64,000 nucleotides of DNA from an uncultured virus (IMG/VR IMGVR_UViG_3300021197_000608) (taxonomy: Duplodnaviria; Heunggongvirae; Uroviricota; Caudoviricetes): IMG/VR virus record IMGVR_UViG_3300021197_000608, one strand, 5' to 3'. The notes beneath the pieces are model-generated. The model did not search any database, was not told the DNA's origin, and saw only the letters and a program-made list of their open reading frames with translations. The translations under genes and the position numbers were made by a program. Each line of letters begins with the position of its first letter. Within the stretch, counting starts at the first letter, position 1. This document shows positions 1 to 10,090 of this stretch, piece by piece.

Positions 1-181
1 TACGAATCATCCATACGAGTACCCTTTGTGTATTCTGTGATGTCTATCTCTTCTTCTTTATTATCTTTATCGGACATGAAATATATCTCTGTATCTTTAT
101 TGCATTTATAGATTAGATTTTGTTGCTCAGTTTTGGGGGTATACTCTATACGAATCAGTATACCACAGAATCACCTCAGTG

Positions 182-418
182 TCAAGCACCCATCATGTAA
201 TATCCCTTTGCAGCTACATCCATTGTACCATCTCCATTACAGTATGTCTGATACAACTCCGTACCACTGAAGTGTATACACGCCTCACAGTATTCATCAA
301 AGTGTCTCACTGGAATGGTCGCCTTGATAGGCATCTTCCAATCATCCATACCCTTTGTAAGATAGTTAAACCTTACTCTTAGATTTCCTATGTGTAGTTC
401 ATCTAGCATTATGCACAA
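182..418 (-). CDS. hypothetical early protein
   Basis: 78 aa ORF overlapping the end of the upstream gene on the same strand. Confidence 0.55.
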   Translation of the reverse strand: MCIMLDELHIGNLRVRFNYLTKGMDDWKMPIKATIPVRHFDEYCEACIHFSGTELYQTYCNGDGTMDVAAKGYYMMGA

Positions 419-660
419 GCCCTTACTAACCTTTGTAGATCCTTATCCATGAAGTCTCCCTTAGAACACCAGTTACGCATGGCACTACACTCAGTACCAT
501 TAGACATACATGCATTCATCATAGGACATGTATCACAAGGACACTCTCTCTTGTTCTCAGGCCCATAATGCATCTCTTCATGGTTAATATTGCTTCTCTT
601 ACTAGAGAAGATACCTTGTCCAACACTCGTAGATAACTCATCAATAATTAAATTCATCAT
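409..660 (-). CDS. Cys-rich small early protein, unknown function
   Basis: 83 aa ORF with CPCDTC..C...C...C; GGAG SD; sigma70-like promoter at 694-721. Confidence 0.6.
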   Translation of the reverse strand: MMNLIIDELSTSVGQGIFSSKRSNINHEEMHYGPENKRECPCDTCPMMNACMSNGTECSAMRNWCSKGDFMDKDLQRLVRACA

Positions 661-795
661 ATAAACTCCTATCTCTTATCCTCTAACATAGCTAGTATAC
701 CACAACCAGCCCCTGTGTCAAGGCCTTTTTAAAGAAAAATAGCTATTAAATACAGAAAAGATATTCCGTAGATAATAGCCAGTAAAAACAGTAGC

Positions 796-1209
796 TTAAG
801 CAGCAATCTGATACTCCTTATCCCACTTACCTACATGGATAGACATGTAATATGCAGTATGAAAGTAGTCACTCATCATGTCTGATTCGTCAAACCACAA
901 GTCTCCAACACCCTCAGTATAGGGAGCAGTCTTAATGATCTTCTCAACCTTCTTGATGATTGCACCATTATCCTCACCGTAGAATGTATCAGCGTGGTAA
1001 TGGTTTAACTGTTCATGTGTGTTAATGTCACCAGCAACATTGTCTCCATTACGGTCACGATAGGTAAACTCCTTGAACGCAGGGCCCTTCATAAACGCTA
1101 CTGTAACAGAACTGGAATGGTCACGCTTTACTGAAAACTTGTACTCAGGCATCTGTGCCTTGAGTTGTTTCCGAATCGCTGCGACCTCTGGTGTTGAAAT
1201 ATATGCCAT
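796..1209 (-). CDS. LPD29-like (large polyvalent protein-associated domain) early protein
   Basis: IRKQLK..P..KFSVK and DESDMMSDYF motifs; start reassigned to MAYIST at 1209 after a GGAGAG SD. Confidence 0.6.
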   Translation of the reverse strand: MAYISTPEVAAIRKQLKAQMPEYKFSVKRDHSSSVTVAFMKGPAFKEFTYRDRNGDNVAGDINTHEQLNHYHADTFYGEDNGAIIKKVEKIIKTAPYTEGVGDLWFDESDMMSDYFHTAYYMSIHVGKWDKEYQIAA

Positions 1210-1244
1210 GTTTTTTCTCTCCGAATCACTCACTCTATACTTAC

Positions 1245-1273
1245 AGTATACCCTGATTCGGTAGCAATGTCAA
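1245..1273 (-). promoter_or_regulatory. sigma70-type early promoter
   Basis: TTGACA-17-TATACT upstream of the 796-1209 gene. Confidence 0.75.
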
Positions 1274-1316
1274 GCCTTTTATGAGAAAAAAAGCGAAAAA
1301 ATAGCTAAAAAAGTCC

Positions 1317-1345
1317 TTGACAAAAATTCGGTCGTGCGATATAAT
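1317..1345 (+). promoter_or_regulatory. perfect-consensus sigma70 promoter, divergent and antisense to the early island
   Basis: TTGACA-17-TATAAT with A-tracts upstream. Confidence 0.75.
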
Positions 1346-1406
1346 ACGGACTTTAATGTAATAGGAAGAGCACGTTGCCCCATTTATTTTAGCCTTTTTA
1401 ATGAAA

Positions 1407-1441
1407 TGGGAAATACTGGGATTATTTGGGATTCCGTGGGA
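1407..1441 (+). repeat. 4x TGGGA at exact 10-bp period (iteron-like)
   Basis: TGGGA at 1407, 1417, 1427 and 1437. Confidence 0.6.
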
Positions 1442-1540
1442 TTTTTCTCCGCACTTCTCTTCCCCCTCTAGGTCTATTCCTTATAGCGTCATCATCCATA
1501 GTACATATCAGTGTTGTAAAGAAGGATAATACCACTATCT

Positions 1541-1693
1541 TTATATGTCTATGTACTTGGAAACGCAATATACCTCATCCCCTATGGTCTTTATTGATTC
1601 CATACACTGTTCATATGTATAGAATCCTTCGTCTATGTCTATTAATGTTAATCCTTGTCCTATATGTACACATACCAAGAATAGATAGATCAT
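1541..1693 (-). CDS. small membrane/secreted two-Cys protein (not in ORF track)
   Basis: MIYLFLVCVHIGQGLTLIDIDEGFYTYEQCMESIKTIGDEVYCVSKYIDI, coupled to the upstream gene by ATGA overlap. Confidence 0.6.
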   Translation of the reverse strand: MIYLFLVCVHIGQGLTLIDIDEGFYTYEQCMESIKTIGDEVYCVSKYIDI

Positions 1694-1947
1694 ATATCCT
1701 TTTTTGCTCGTGGCATTACTTGTACTTTATACTCTTCCATGAGATCATTAAGTGTATCTGTGTCAATACAATTAACTCCTCTAATAGGCATAGGTTTATT
1801 ATACTCTAGCATAAGTCTTGCAATGATTTTATTTGGATTTTCTACCACAGCTGTCATACACTCTTCTCTTGTGTCGAATGTGGGGTTGTTGAAGATGAAT
1901 ATATCTCCATGTATTGTAGCGAATAGTACTACGATTAAAAACTTCAT
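1690..1947 (-). CDS. small secreted two-Cys protein
   Basis: signal-like N-terminus, FDTREEC...NC. Confidence 0.65.
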   Translation of the reverse strand: MKFLIVVLFATIHGDIFIFNNPTFDTREECMTAVVENPNKIIARLMLEYNKPMPIRGVNCIDTDTLNDLMEEYKVQVMPRAKKDI

Positions 1948-2644
1948 TTGGTGTTTCTCCTATGCAAGACTATGGTAAGGGCGATCATTGCAAAGCAATA
2001 CCCATATACCATACTAAGAAATAGTATCATTTCCACATATCCCTATATCTCCATCCAACGTAGGCAAATATTACCCATGCAATAATAAATACAACATTTA
2101 AGAGGAGTTCCATTCTACGACTTGGCCCGTATTCCATTTCTGGGCCTCTAATTCTGCATGTTCTCTCTGGAAAAATGTTAATACTGGTGTACTCATTCCC
2201 CATCCCTTTCCGTCATGTGTTCGTCTTACATAATCAAACTCGCCTGTGTCTATCTCTATCCATACAGCGTACAATGTTGGTTTCTTGTCTTTTTCTCTTA
2301 CATGTGGCATACTCATATTAAATCTCCAATCATATTTCGGGCGGCACATTCTCATCTATCGCTTGTCCTCTTACCTTTTCATACTTCTTTCTGTCCTTGT
2401 CTATCTGTAGTGTTCCACAGTATGGACAGAAGAGTTTTCTGAGATGATGTGGTTCTGTATACCACACTTGATCACAGGTCTTACATCTATGACTTATCAG
2501 TACTGGTGACATCCACATATTCCATATCATTGTCAAGACAATACTTCAATACCTTGAGAGCAACTCCTTTGTGATGAGTCAATAAAACAATGCGTCCTTT
2601 ATCGTTAAAGACAGCCCATTTATTTTTTCCCACCTCAGTTATCA

Positions 2645-2932
2645 TCATATCATTTCATAAAATGTGTACTTACAGGTCAATTCTTCGCCTGGCCATATAT
2701 CTCGTAGTGCATACAGAAAGAACCGTGAATCTGATTGTACCTTTACCATGTTTGCATTGTTCTCTGAATGATTATAAAATGCACCCAGCGGCGTTCTCTG
2801 TAGTTGTTCTCCCCAATAGAAATGTGACATACCGATCTGCTGGTCTTCTTTTATTGCTTCAGCACAGAAAAGTCCAAGTCCTTCAATTGTACTCTTCTTG
2901 ATTGTCACAAATTCTGGTAGAGGTCTATACAT
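2645..2932 (-). CDS. SET-domain lysine methyltransferase-like protein
   Basis: GLGLF, NHS and GEELTxxY SET motifs. Confidence 0.85.
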   Translation of the reverse strand: MYRPLPEFVTIKKSTIEGLGLFCAEAIKEDQQIGMSHFYWGEQLQRTPLGAFYNHSENNANMVKVQSDSRFFLYALRDIWPGEELTCKYTFYEMI

Positions 2933-3185
2933 CGTATTTCTTTCGTATTCGTTTAATTTCTCGCATTGCTTCTGGAAAGATTCGCATCGCCATGATTTCG
3001 TCTTCCAGTGCTTCGTATCTGAGTAGTTCTAACAACACATCTAATTCTCTACGCATAATCGGATGTAGAGTTATTCTAAAGGCCATTACTTCGTCATAGT
3101 TATTCATACTCCATATGGCATCCATGAGTTTGTATTGTCTGTCGTTGAGTCCTTCGATTGTTATTCTACCCATAATTCACCTTCT

Positions 3186-3362
3186 TTACTGGAAATTAGC
3201 AAGTTTCAATGAGACTATTTCATCCTTTAATGCAAGTTTTTCTTTCTTCATGTTTTTGAGATATTGTTCTGGTGCTTTCTCTGCTTCGGCTGCTTCAAGT
3301 TTGTCGTGTAATTTTTTATGTTTCTGTTCCAAATATTCTACTGTTTTGGCAGATTTTACCAT
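3186..3362 (-). CDS. DUF465/YdcH-like coiled-coil protein (not in ORF track)
   Basis: 58 aa: LEQKHKKLHDKL...MKKEKLALKDEI. Confidence 0.65.
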   Translation of the reverse strand: MVKSAKTVEYLEQKHKKLHDKLEAAEAEKAPEQYLKNMKKEKLALKDEIVSLKLANFQ

Positions 3363-3825
3363 TATTGTTATCCCCTTGTTTGTTTTACCCTAAGAAATAT
3401 ATATACTCCCATAGACACAAGCACCATCAGATCAAAGTTCTGTTCCGACCACATACCAACAAACCAAGCAATAATTAACGCAGTCCATAAGGCCTGTCTA
3501 TCCCTTACTTTGTCTATTGATGCTATGAACTGTTCGTCATTATTCATTCGTCATATCTTTGAGTTTCGTACTTATCTCATCAATTCTATTTTCCATAGTC
3601 TCAAGTCTATTCTCAAGTCTATCCGTAGCAGTGAACATAAGAATACCAGCAATCACCAGCATACTCCAAAAAATTACATTAAAATATTTCATTACTTTTC
3701 TTTCTTGTTTTTCGTTTCAGAACGTCTAGTCTGTTCTACAATACGAGGTTTCTTTTTTGTTTTGATAACATGTTCAGTTGTGGGTTGTGGCACAAGTTGT
3801 TGTACATGTCCAGCGGTGACTATTC

Positions 3826-4635
3826 TCATGTGAAGAATCCTTCTAGTGTCGATACTCCATACTTGTCTGCAACCTTGTTTACGTTACTAGAGTTATGTTG
3901 TACACTGTCACCTCTGTGTTCATAAGGCATTGTGTCACTTATCGTATATGACGTTTCGCCTGGCTTCTTGATTTTCCACTGCAAATCTTTATCCTTGGGA
4001 TATACTCTTGTCCATTCCATTGTGGATTGTTTTAGAGATTTCTTCGCACGTTTATTTAGAGGATATATGTACCGAAACTGTTTACCCCACACTCTAGAGA
4101 ACCCCAGCTCTCCCATATGTGCATCTGATGGACGAGGCCCATACTTTGTGTCCATACGGTTCATTACCTTCTTCATCTTGCGTTGTATTGTACGAAAGTG
4201 TACCTTTTCACCCTCATCTGTTACATATACATCACTCCATATAAAACCACCGTACAGAAAGTTTGCTGCCTGATACACATATCCTGGCTTTCCTACAATA
4301 CCATCTGCCCATGTATAGAGGTATTTGACATTTGGTGTGTGTTTCTTCATCCACTGAATAACCAGACTTTGCATCTGTGATTCAGAGTTGCGTGGCATCT
4401 TTTCATCCATGCACATCTTACCTATCTCGTAATAGTCACATGTAGAAAGTTCTGGGAACATCTTCTTGATTGTACCCATAGGATTCGTTCCCCAACCCAA
4501 AGTAAGGATGCCTACCAATTCTTCTCCTTGGTAGGCTCCTAGATAGTGTTTAGTGAGTTTCGGCATCACTGGACTATAGTGTCTTTCCTGTACAAACAGA
4601 GTTGCAACCCTATAGTCCACTGGTTTGATATGCAT
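3826..4635 (-). CDS. Mom-like GNAT adenine-modification enzyme
   Basis: ERHYS, PRNSESQ and YTWADG..G..YQAANFLYGG motifs typical of the Mu Mom family. Confidence 0.7.
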   Translation of the reverse strand: MHIKPVDYRVATLFVQERHYSPVMPKLTKHYLGAYQGEELVGILTLGWGTNPMGTIKKMFPELSTCDYYEIGKMCMDEKMPRNSESQMQSLVIQWMKKHTPNVKYLYTWADGIVGKPGYVYQAANFLYGGFIWSDVYVTDEGEKVHFRTIQRKMKKVMNRMDTKYGPRPSDAHMGELGFSRVWGKQFRYIYPLNKRAKKSLKQSTMEWTRVYPKDKDLQWKIKKPGETSYTISDTMPYEHRGDSVQHNSSNVNKVADKYGVSTLEGFFT

Positions 4636-5042
4636 TAGGTTTTATTCCCTCTTAGTGCAAAGAACAATCCACCTACCCATAGGAATACATGTAGATTGTC
4701 ATATAGAATTACATCCCAAAGACTTTCTGGTTGTCCAACCCAAATAACACCTGTCATAATACTACAAATAGTAATACCACAAAATCGTGTCAATAAGTCG
4801 GCATACTCTTCATATCCCCATGCAATCCATGATCCCACACCAGCTACAAGTAGTCCAATACCAGAAAGTAATTCACCATAGGCGGCAAACCACCAGACGA
4901 TGTACGGCAAGTCAAATGACTCTGCACCATCTAATGTTACTGGAAATTTACTTAGTCCTTGTTGAATAAAGACTATTGCAAGTGGTACACGCAATAACCA
5001 GTGACTCATACAGAACTCTGGTATTTTGTCTAAAAGTTTCAT
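4635..5042 (-). CDS. DoxX family membrane protein
   Basis: LLRVPLAIVFIQQGLSKF, AYGELLSG; four hydrophobic segments. Confidence 0.75.
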   Translation of the reverse strand: MKLLDKIPEFCMSHWLLRVPLAIVFIQQGLSKFPVTLDGAESFDLPYIVWWFAAYGELLSGIGLLVAGVGSWIAWGYEEYADLLTRFCGITICSIMTGVIWVGQPESLWDVILYDNLHVFLWVGGLFFALRGNKT

Positions 5043-5043
5043 C

Positions 5044-5472
5044 TTACAAATCCTCTAGTATTTCTTTCATCTTCCTTTTGGACTTACCACGCATTTTCAT
5101 TGATTTGATATCATCTAGATTAGACATATCATCCCCAACAATAACCATAGCAATCATACCCATAGTTTTGTGTGGTGTACACTGATACAAATACACGCCC
5201 GCTGTATCGAATGTGTAAGAAAACTCTTTACCGAGTTTTGATTTAGCAGGCGATTCCCAACCGTCTGGGCCTGCAATAAATTCTACGTTATGTCCTTTTG
5301 AATCTGGTGTCCAAGTAATCGTATCGCCTACTTCAATTCGTGCAATATCTTCACTGTATACCATCTTCGCACCATCATCACGTTTATTCAACATTGAGAT
5401 AGATGTATCCTCTGCCAGTGCTGGTGTAGCAAGTGCTAGGATAAGACTTGTCGTTGTCAATAATCTTTTCAT
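5044..5472 (-). CDS. paz: pseudoazurin (periplasmic type-1 copper protein)
   Basis: Sec signal (ALA|E), MLNK..G..MVY, GHNVE and CTPHxxMGM copper ligands. Confidence 0.9.
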   Translation of the reverse strand: MKRLLTTTSLILALATPALAEDTSISMLNKRDDGAKMVYSEDIARIEVGDTITWTPDSKGHNVEFIAGPDGWESPAKSKLGKEFSYTFDTAGVYLYQCTPHKTMGMIAMVIVGDDMSNLDDIKSMKMRGKSKRKMKEILEDL

Positions 5473-5684
5473 TTGTTATCCTTTACATTTAGATTATATG
5501 GATTGTACTGTTCTCCATTGTAACCACTTCCTGTGGCCTTCGGGCCGGTTTCGACTCCATTGTTGCAGGCAAATACTACAACAAATAATCCAACGCATAT
5601 CCACACAACTCCACGTTTGCTGTATGTTACGAATGCATTGAATGTTCTTTCTGCTTCTTCCTCTGCTGACTCTCTAGGTGTCAT
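5469..5684 (-). CDS. aa3-type cytochrome c oxidase subunit IV (CtaH)-like small membrane protein
   Basis: ERTFNAFVTYSKRG + one TM ending ACN, resembling Paracoccus subunit IV (QATFAGFIK..TM..LAN). Confidence 0.5.
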   Translation of the reverse strand: MTPRESAEEEAERTFNAFVTYSKRGVVWICVGLFVVVFACNNGVETGPKATGSGYNGEQYNPYNLNVKDNK

Positions 5685-5688
5685 ATAA

Positions 5689-5880
5689 TCACCCTAGAGT
5701 TGAACTTAGAAAGTCTATTGTCCTAGTGAAACACGGCATGATATTTAGATTACAATATCTAGCGTAGTCATCTAGTCCAACCAACAGCATCAAAGCTAAT
5801 ATAGGAAAAACAACTATAAAAACAGATATGATTAGGAATGCCCAACCAAGTCCTTTTGTAGTGCAATAATTTTGACTCAT
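5689..5880 (-). CDS. small membrane protein
   Basis: one TM, Cys residues, packed tightly into the operon. Confidence 0.6.
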   Translation of the reverse strand: MSQNYCTTKGLGWAFLIISVFIVVFPILALMLLVGLDDYARYCNLNIMPCFTRTIDFLSSTLG

Positions 5881-6236
5881 CTTCGTTTTCCTGTCATTGG
5901 ATCTTTTACTTCTTGTGTAGATAAGACTTGCAATCCACCCTTATTGTATGCTTGTCCTATAACAACATTACCACCATAATGAGGAACTTTTCTCTTTATG
6001 CTTGGCCCTGCAATAACGTCACTAGTCGGCAAACTAGGACGGTCAGATGAATAATCAGGTAGTTCGTAAATCGGTACGTCTACTCGATTTTCTTTTGGTT
6101 GATACCCCATTTTCTTCAGAAACTTTTCATGCTCGTCAAGAGACTTTTGCATCTTTGCAGATACCTTACGTTTCTTCTTCTTGGTGCTCAGTTTGTTTGT
6201 CGTGTAATAGATTGGTAGTAGGTGCATACCCTTCAT
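5877..6236 (-). CDS. basic hypothetical protein
   Basis: C-terminal AYNKGGLQ motif recalled from T4-like phage hypotheticals. Confidence 0.6.
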   Translation of the reverse strand: MKGMHLLPIYYTTNKLSTKKKKRKVSAKMQKSLDEHEKFLKKMGYQPKENRVDVPIYELPDYSSDRPSLPTSDVIAGPSIKRKVPHYGGNVVIGQAYNKGGLQVLSTQEVKDPMTGKRR

Positions 6237-6434
6237 TATATATCGCCTCCATCAAAACGTCCATAGACAGATTGTCTATAGACTCACCATAATCTTCTGC
6301 TAAGTCACTAATGCATTTTTGATTTTTTAAGTAACGCACTAATAACTCCTTTCCAATAGTTCTGGCCCCATTCAGAACCAGACTCTACACATCGTTGATA
6401 CGCCATGTTGGCGTTATCAATCAATCTTTCATAA

Positions 6435-6743
6435 TCAACTTGCATTGATTAACTCATATGCGGCGTCAACTGCATCAGAATCAAATCCACCAATGTGCCA
6501 GTCATATTCATCAGTTGGAATATAACCAGTTTTCCAATTGTAGATTGAGAACTTTACAAAATCCTCACCAGTATCAGCCTCGACACTCCATTCAGCATTT
6601 ACCTTTTCATAGGGGTCTGAATCGGTGTAGGTAGGTTTACCAAAAATCTCTACAAGTTTGTCATAGGTTGTTTTGATAACACCCTTATAAGAACTCATAT
6701 TCATATTTACAGCTTCACTGCATTCATAATCAACTACTAACAT
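6435..6743 (-). CDS. phage hypothetical early protein
   Basis: YDKLVEIFGKPT..KVNAEW..IYNWK..WHIGG; AAGGAGAG SD. Confidence 0.7.
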   Translation of the reverse strand: MLVVDYECSEAVNMNMSSYKGVIKTTYDKLVEIFGKPTYTDSDPYEKVNAEWSVEADTGEDFVKFSIYNWKTGYIPTDEYDWHIGGFDSDAVDAAYELINAS

Positions 6744-7354
6744 ACTCTCTCTCCTTATTTATTTTCATTATATAATATTATACCACCAATAATCATTGCT
6801 GTCAACCCAAAAAACATAACTATTAGCATTTCACCAAAAGTATTTGCATACTCTACACAAGCACCATCACAGTCATTTGCTGAACCAGCGACTGCCATAA
6901 TACCACCAATAGCCAATACTGCACCAATTATATTCCACATGTTCATTCTCCCTCAATCATAAGTTATTTGTGCTGCATAGTCAATCTTATCAAAGATTGC
7001 ATCCAACTCTTTAAGTTTTTCTTTGCACTTCATTATTGCAAAACCATTTCCAGGCGTTTTCTTTTTCTTCTTTTCTAGACTTTTTAACATATCCGAAAAG
7101 AAATACCATTCTTCCTGTAATTTAGTAATAGGATCTACCATAATTTAACTCCATTCTCATGTGCAGCTTGCATTTCAACAATCTCTGCCTGTTGCATCCA
7201 AAATTCGTTTTCGTCCATGACGATAACATCACGTTCACATTCATTCAACACCATCTGATGTTCACACGCATTGCCGTAGCATTCTTCCTCAGCAATAACA
7301 TTTCCATTCTCAATCAAAACAAACATACCGAATCACCTCTCTCATTACCCTTAT

Positions 7355-7383
7355 ATAATACCATTGTTATGATAACAAGTCAA
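7355..7383 (-). promoter_or_regulatory. early promoter with spacer palindrome
   Basis: TTGACT-17-TATTAT; TTGTTATGATAACAA at 7364-7378. Confidence 0.8.
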
Positions 7384-7699
7384 GCATTATTTTGAAAAAA
7401 GTGGGCCTTCATGCCACTCATCAAACTTATCTTGTTCTGCAATAAACTGATTGTTCTCTTGTCTGTCGAGAAGAACCCACTTTCTAAACATATCTTTAAT
7501 CTTAGACTTATCACGTTCATATGGTGATACATCTATACTATGCACCTCACTGTACATTTTATACATTCTCAAGTCAGCAGTATAGTCTGCATCTGGTTCT
7601 CTTTTATAGATACTCCAATCCCACTTGATTACGTCACCATCATCGTGAATTTGCAACCCAAGAGAACAATCATAAAAATCATCCTCTGGGTCGAAATCT

Positions 7700-8197
7700 C
7701 TATATATTGCGAATAGCATTTTCTATCTCCGACTTGACATATTCAAGAGTGCATTCATTAGCCTGATAAACGATACCGATACCACCCTTACTTATCCACC
7801 TACTGATGTTGTCTGGTTTATCATCTACCAAAATGTTTGGTACACCAGAAAATCTTTCAGTTGCATACCTTTCTTTTTGTCCAGTAAAGATAAGTTTGTC
7901 GATAGATGGCATGTACCCATGTCGAGTTAACCACACTCTTTTCCAGTATGCAGAGTTGTCTCTGTCTCCACGCAACGGTGAGGAACAGATACCCCAATCA
8001 CCAGTATCCTTTACAAAGTTCACTAACGCCTCTGACGTAGGAAACAATTCTAATGTATTGAAGAAGTCAGTACCTTGTAACTTAACAATCGACTTCTCTT
8101 TATCCTCTATCATCTTCCAATGATCTTTACCAAACGCCTTTGCAAACCCATCAAAAAAGTCTGCAATCACGCCGTCCATATCTAGATATACTGTCAT
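7700..8197 (-). CDS. HAD 5'(3')-deoxyribonucleotidase-like protein
   Basis: YLDMDGVIADF and ILVDD motifs. Confidence 0.85.
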   Translation of the reverse strand: MTVYLDMDGVIADFFDGFAKAFGKDHWKMIEDKEKSIVKLQGTDFFNTLELFPTSEALVNFVKDTGDWGICSSPLRGDRDNSAYWKRVWLTRHGYMPSIDKLIFTGQKERYATERFSGVPNILVDDKPDNISRWISKGGIGIVYQANECTLEYVKSEIENAIRNI

Positions 8198-8871
8198 ATC
8201 GGCCTCGCTTCTATGATGGCACGTTTTGTTTTTGAACGCAACACAGCCATCTTTTCATAATCTTCTAACCACTTTAGTGGCGACTTAATTGTTTGAGACA
8301 CACTCATCTTTACTTTATGAGCACGAAATTGTCTCTTCAATTCTTTTGCAACTTCAGTTCCTAAGAACCGTGAAATCAGTTTTACCAAAGTTTGTCTAAA
8401 TCCAATATCATGGTTCATATGTCCAGCGGTATGTGCTAACTCGTGCAACACAACCCACTTGTTCATTCCACATGAAGGTTGCAACCGAACCCTACTCCAT
8501 GTTGCATTACCAGCAGTACGAACATTGTATCGAATTTCTCTCATAAACTCAAGTCGTGGATTTGTATTACCACTTTTTGTAACCAGTGATTGATAAGTCT
8601 TAGACTTTACAATTCGATTGAAATATTTGGTAATTTCTTTTTGAGACATACCTTCTCGAGCTTCTGGAAACTTGCGTTCTGTAGCAAACTCAGACTGATA
8701 TACTTTGTTACGTCCACTATCGACATAAGAATTCTGTAGTCGATTGCGTGTAATCTGTCGAGTTTTCTTAGTCACATAGTTAGCATACTTATTTGCGATA
8801 TCATTATTCATCACACCAGTATCAAGTGCTGCTTTGTAGGCATCATACCCACCTTCTGAAAATACTCTCAT
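8194..8871 (-). CDS. HExxH zinc metalloprotease-like (SprT-like) protein
   Basis: VVLHELAHT..HMNH..F. Confidence 0.65.
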   Translation of the reverse strand: MRVFSEGGYDAYKAALDTGVMNNDIANKYANYVTKKTRQITRNRLQNSYVDSGRNKVYQSEFATERKFPEAREGMSQKEITKYFNRIVKSKTYQSLVTKSGNTNPRLEFMREIRYNVRTAGNATWSRVRLQPSCGMNKWVVLHELAHTAGHMNHDIGFRQTLVKLISRFLGTEVAKELKRQFRAHKVKMSVSQTIKSPLKWLEDYEKMAVLRSKTKRAIIEARPI

Positions 8872-9105
8872 TACTAAACTCCTTCCATTTCACAAAGTGC
8901 ATCACTAATTAAACCACGAATACTAACTTGACTCTCGTCAACCTCAATACCACAACTCTGTGCAGTATCTAAAATCTGACGAGCGCAACAACTAATGTCA
9001 GAAGTACCAATTTCTTCTGCATCACCAAACATCCACTCTACTTCTTCTTGGACGATATCTTCTAATGTTGTCATATGATTCTCTCTTTCTCTAACTTACA
9101 TATAC

Positions 9106-9184
9106 AAGCTACCATTGTTTTCATAACAAGTCAAGCGATTTTTAGAAAAAAGCCAAAAAAAAAGCCCTGTAAAAACAGGACTTT
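9106..9184 (-). promoter_or_regulatory. early promoter cassette (palindrome, A-tracts, promoter with spacer palindrome)
   Basis: TTGACT-17-TAGCTT; TTGTT-N5-AACAA at 9115-9129; inverted repeat at 9161-9184. Confidence 0.75.
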
Positions 9185-9215
9185 AGAGTAAATCTGGGGG
9201 GTTTATTGTATTTTT

Positions 9216-9881
9216 TTATCTTTTTTTCTTGGCAAGTTCAGAATTAATCCATCTTTTTGCAATGTGATTCGTTACTTTTTTCTTAACTAACATCATACAT
9301 CGTTTCCAGACTTTATTGAATACATCCTCACCAGCATCATTATTGTCTACAATAATCATACCACTACTACCAAATAGACTTTGGAATTTACCGATGTTCT
9401 TTTGAACACCTTTCCACATTTCCTGTACTTGTTTCTCAGGCAATGTACGAGAACGCATTCTATTACGTTCTTGTGCAGTATCCAATGAGGTATTCACAAA
9501 TATCATATACGTTTCATATCCAATTTTTTTAAGTCCTTGAACTTGACTTGCAATTTTATCATAATCTTTACCAGTACCGTCAATGATAAGTCCTAGTCGG
9601 CCTTGCAAGAAGTTTCCTTGCATACGTTTAGTGGTTGCTTTTGCTTTAAGACGAATCTCTTGTCCTTTGTCAGAGAAAATATCTTCTGGGGAAGCTTCTA
9701 ATCCAGCATCTTTCAACATCTTTTCATAGATATCGTCAGAGTTCACAACTTTCATTCCTAATCCACCAGTTGTTCTGCGAACAACATAAGACTTACCAGA
9801 GCCAGGCCCTCCAGCTAGAAATATTGCTTTAAATATGTTGGGATCGTATACTCCCTCTTGTAATTCGTTGAATGTTTTCAT
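9216..9881 (-). CDS. P-loop kinase (zeta toxin/PNK-like) with CTS-like N-terminus
   Basis: AGGPGSGKS Walker A, NSDD, IIDGT, RNxxR; N-terminus MKTFNELQE. Confidence 0.8.
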   Translation of the reverse strand: MKTFNELQEGVYDPNIFKAIFLAGGPGSGKSYVVRRTTGGLGMKVVNSDDIYEKMLKDAGLEASPEDIFSDKGQEIRLKAKATTKRMQGNFLQGRLGLIIDGTGKDYDKIASQVQGLKKIGYETYMIFVNTSLDTAQERNRMRSRTLPEKQVQEMWKGVQKNIGKFQSLFGSSGMIIVDNNDAGEDVFNKVWKRCMMLVKKKVTNHIAKRWINSELAKKKR

Positions 9882-10090
9882 GTTGTAGTCCTAACAACTC
9901 CATAGTTCTTTTTTTATACATTTCCTCATAGTATTTAGTCTCCTTATCGTTTATAACCTCTACCCTTCTTGTTGGTGTTCTTTGAAAGTTCATTTTTCGT
10001 AGTCGGTTTTTGAGTTTGGATGTCATGTCTTGCCTCGTTAAGTTAATGGTTAAATCATAACAAAGTGAGTTGTTTTTTTTGGCCCTCCCT

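Noticed and set aside
1426..1809. Plus-strand 127 aa ORF behind the 1317 promoter
   Set aside because: TTG start without SD, antisense to two credible minus-strand genes
9216..9881. Zeta toxin-antitoxin module
   Set aside because: No epsilon-like partner evident; only generic P-loop kinase motifs are supported
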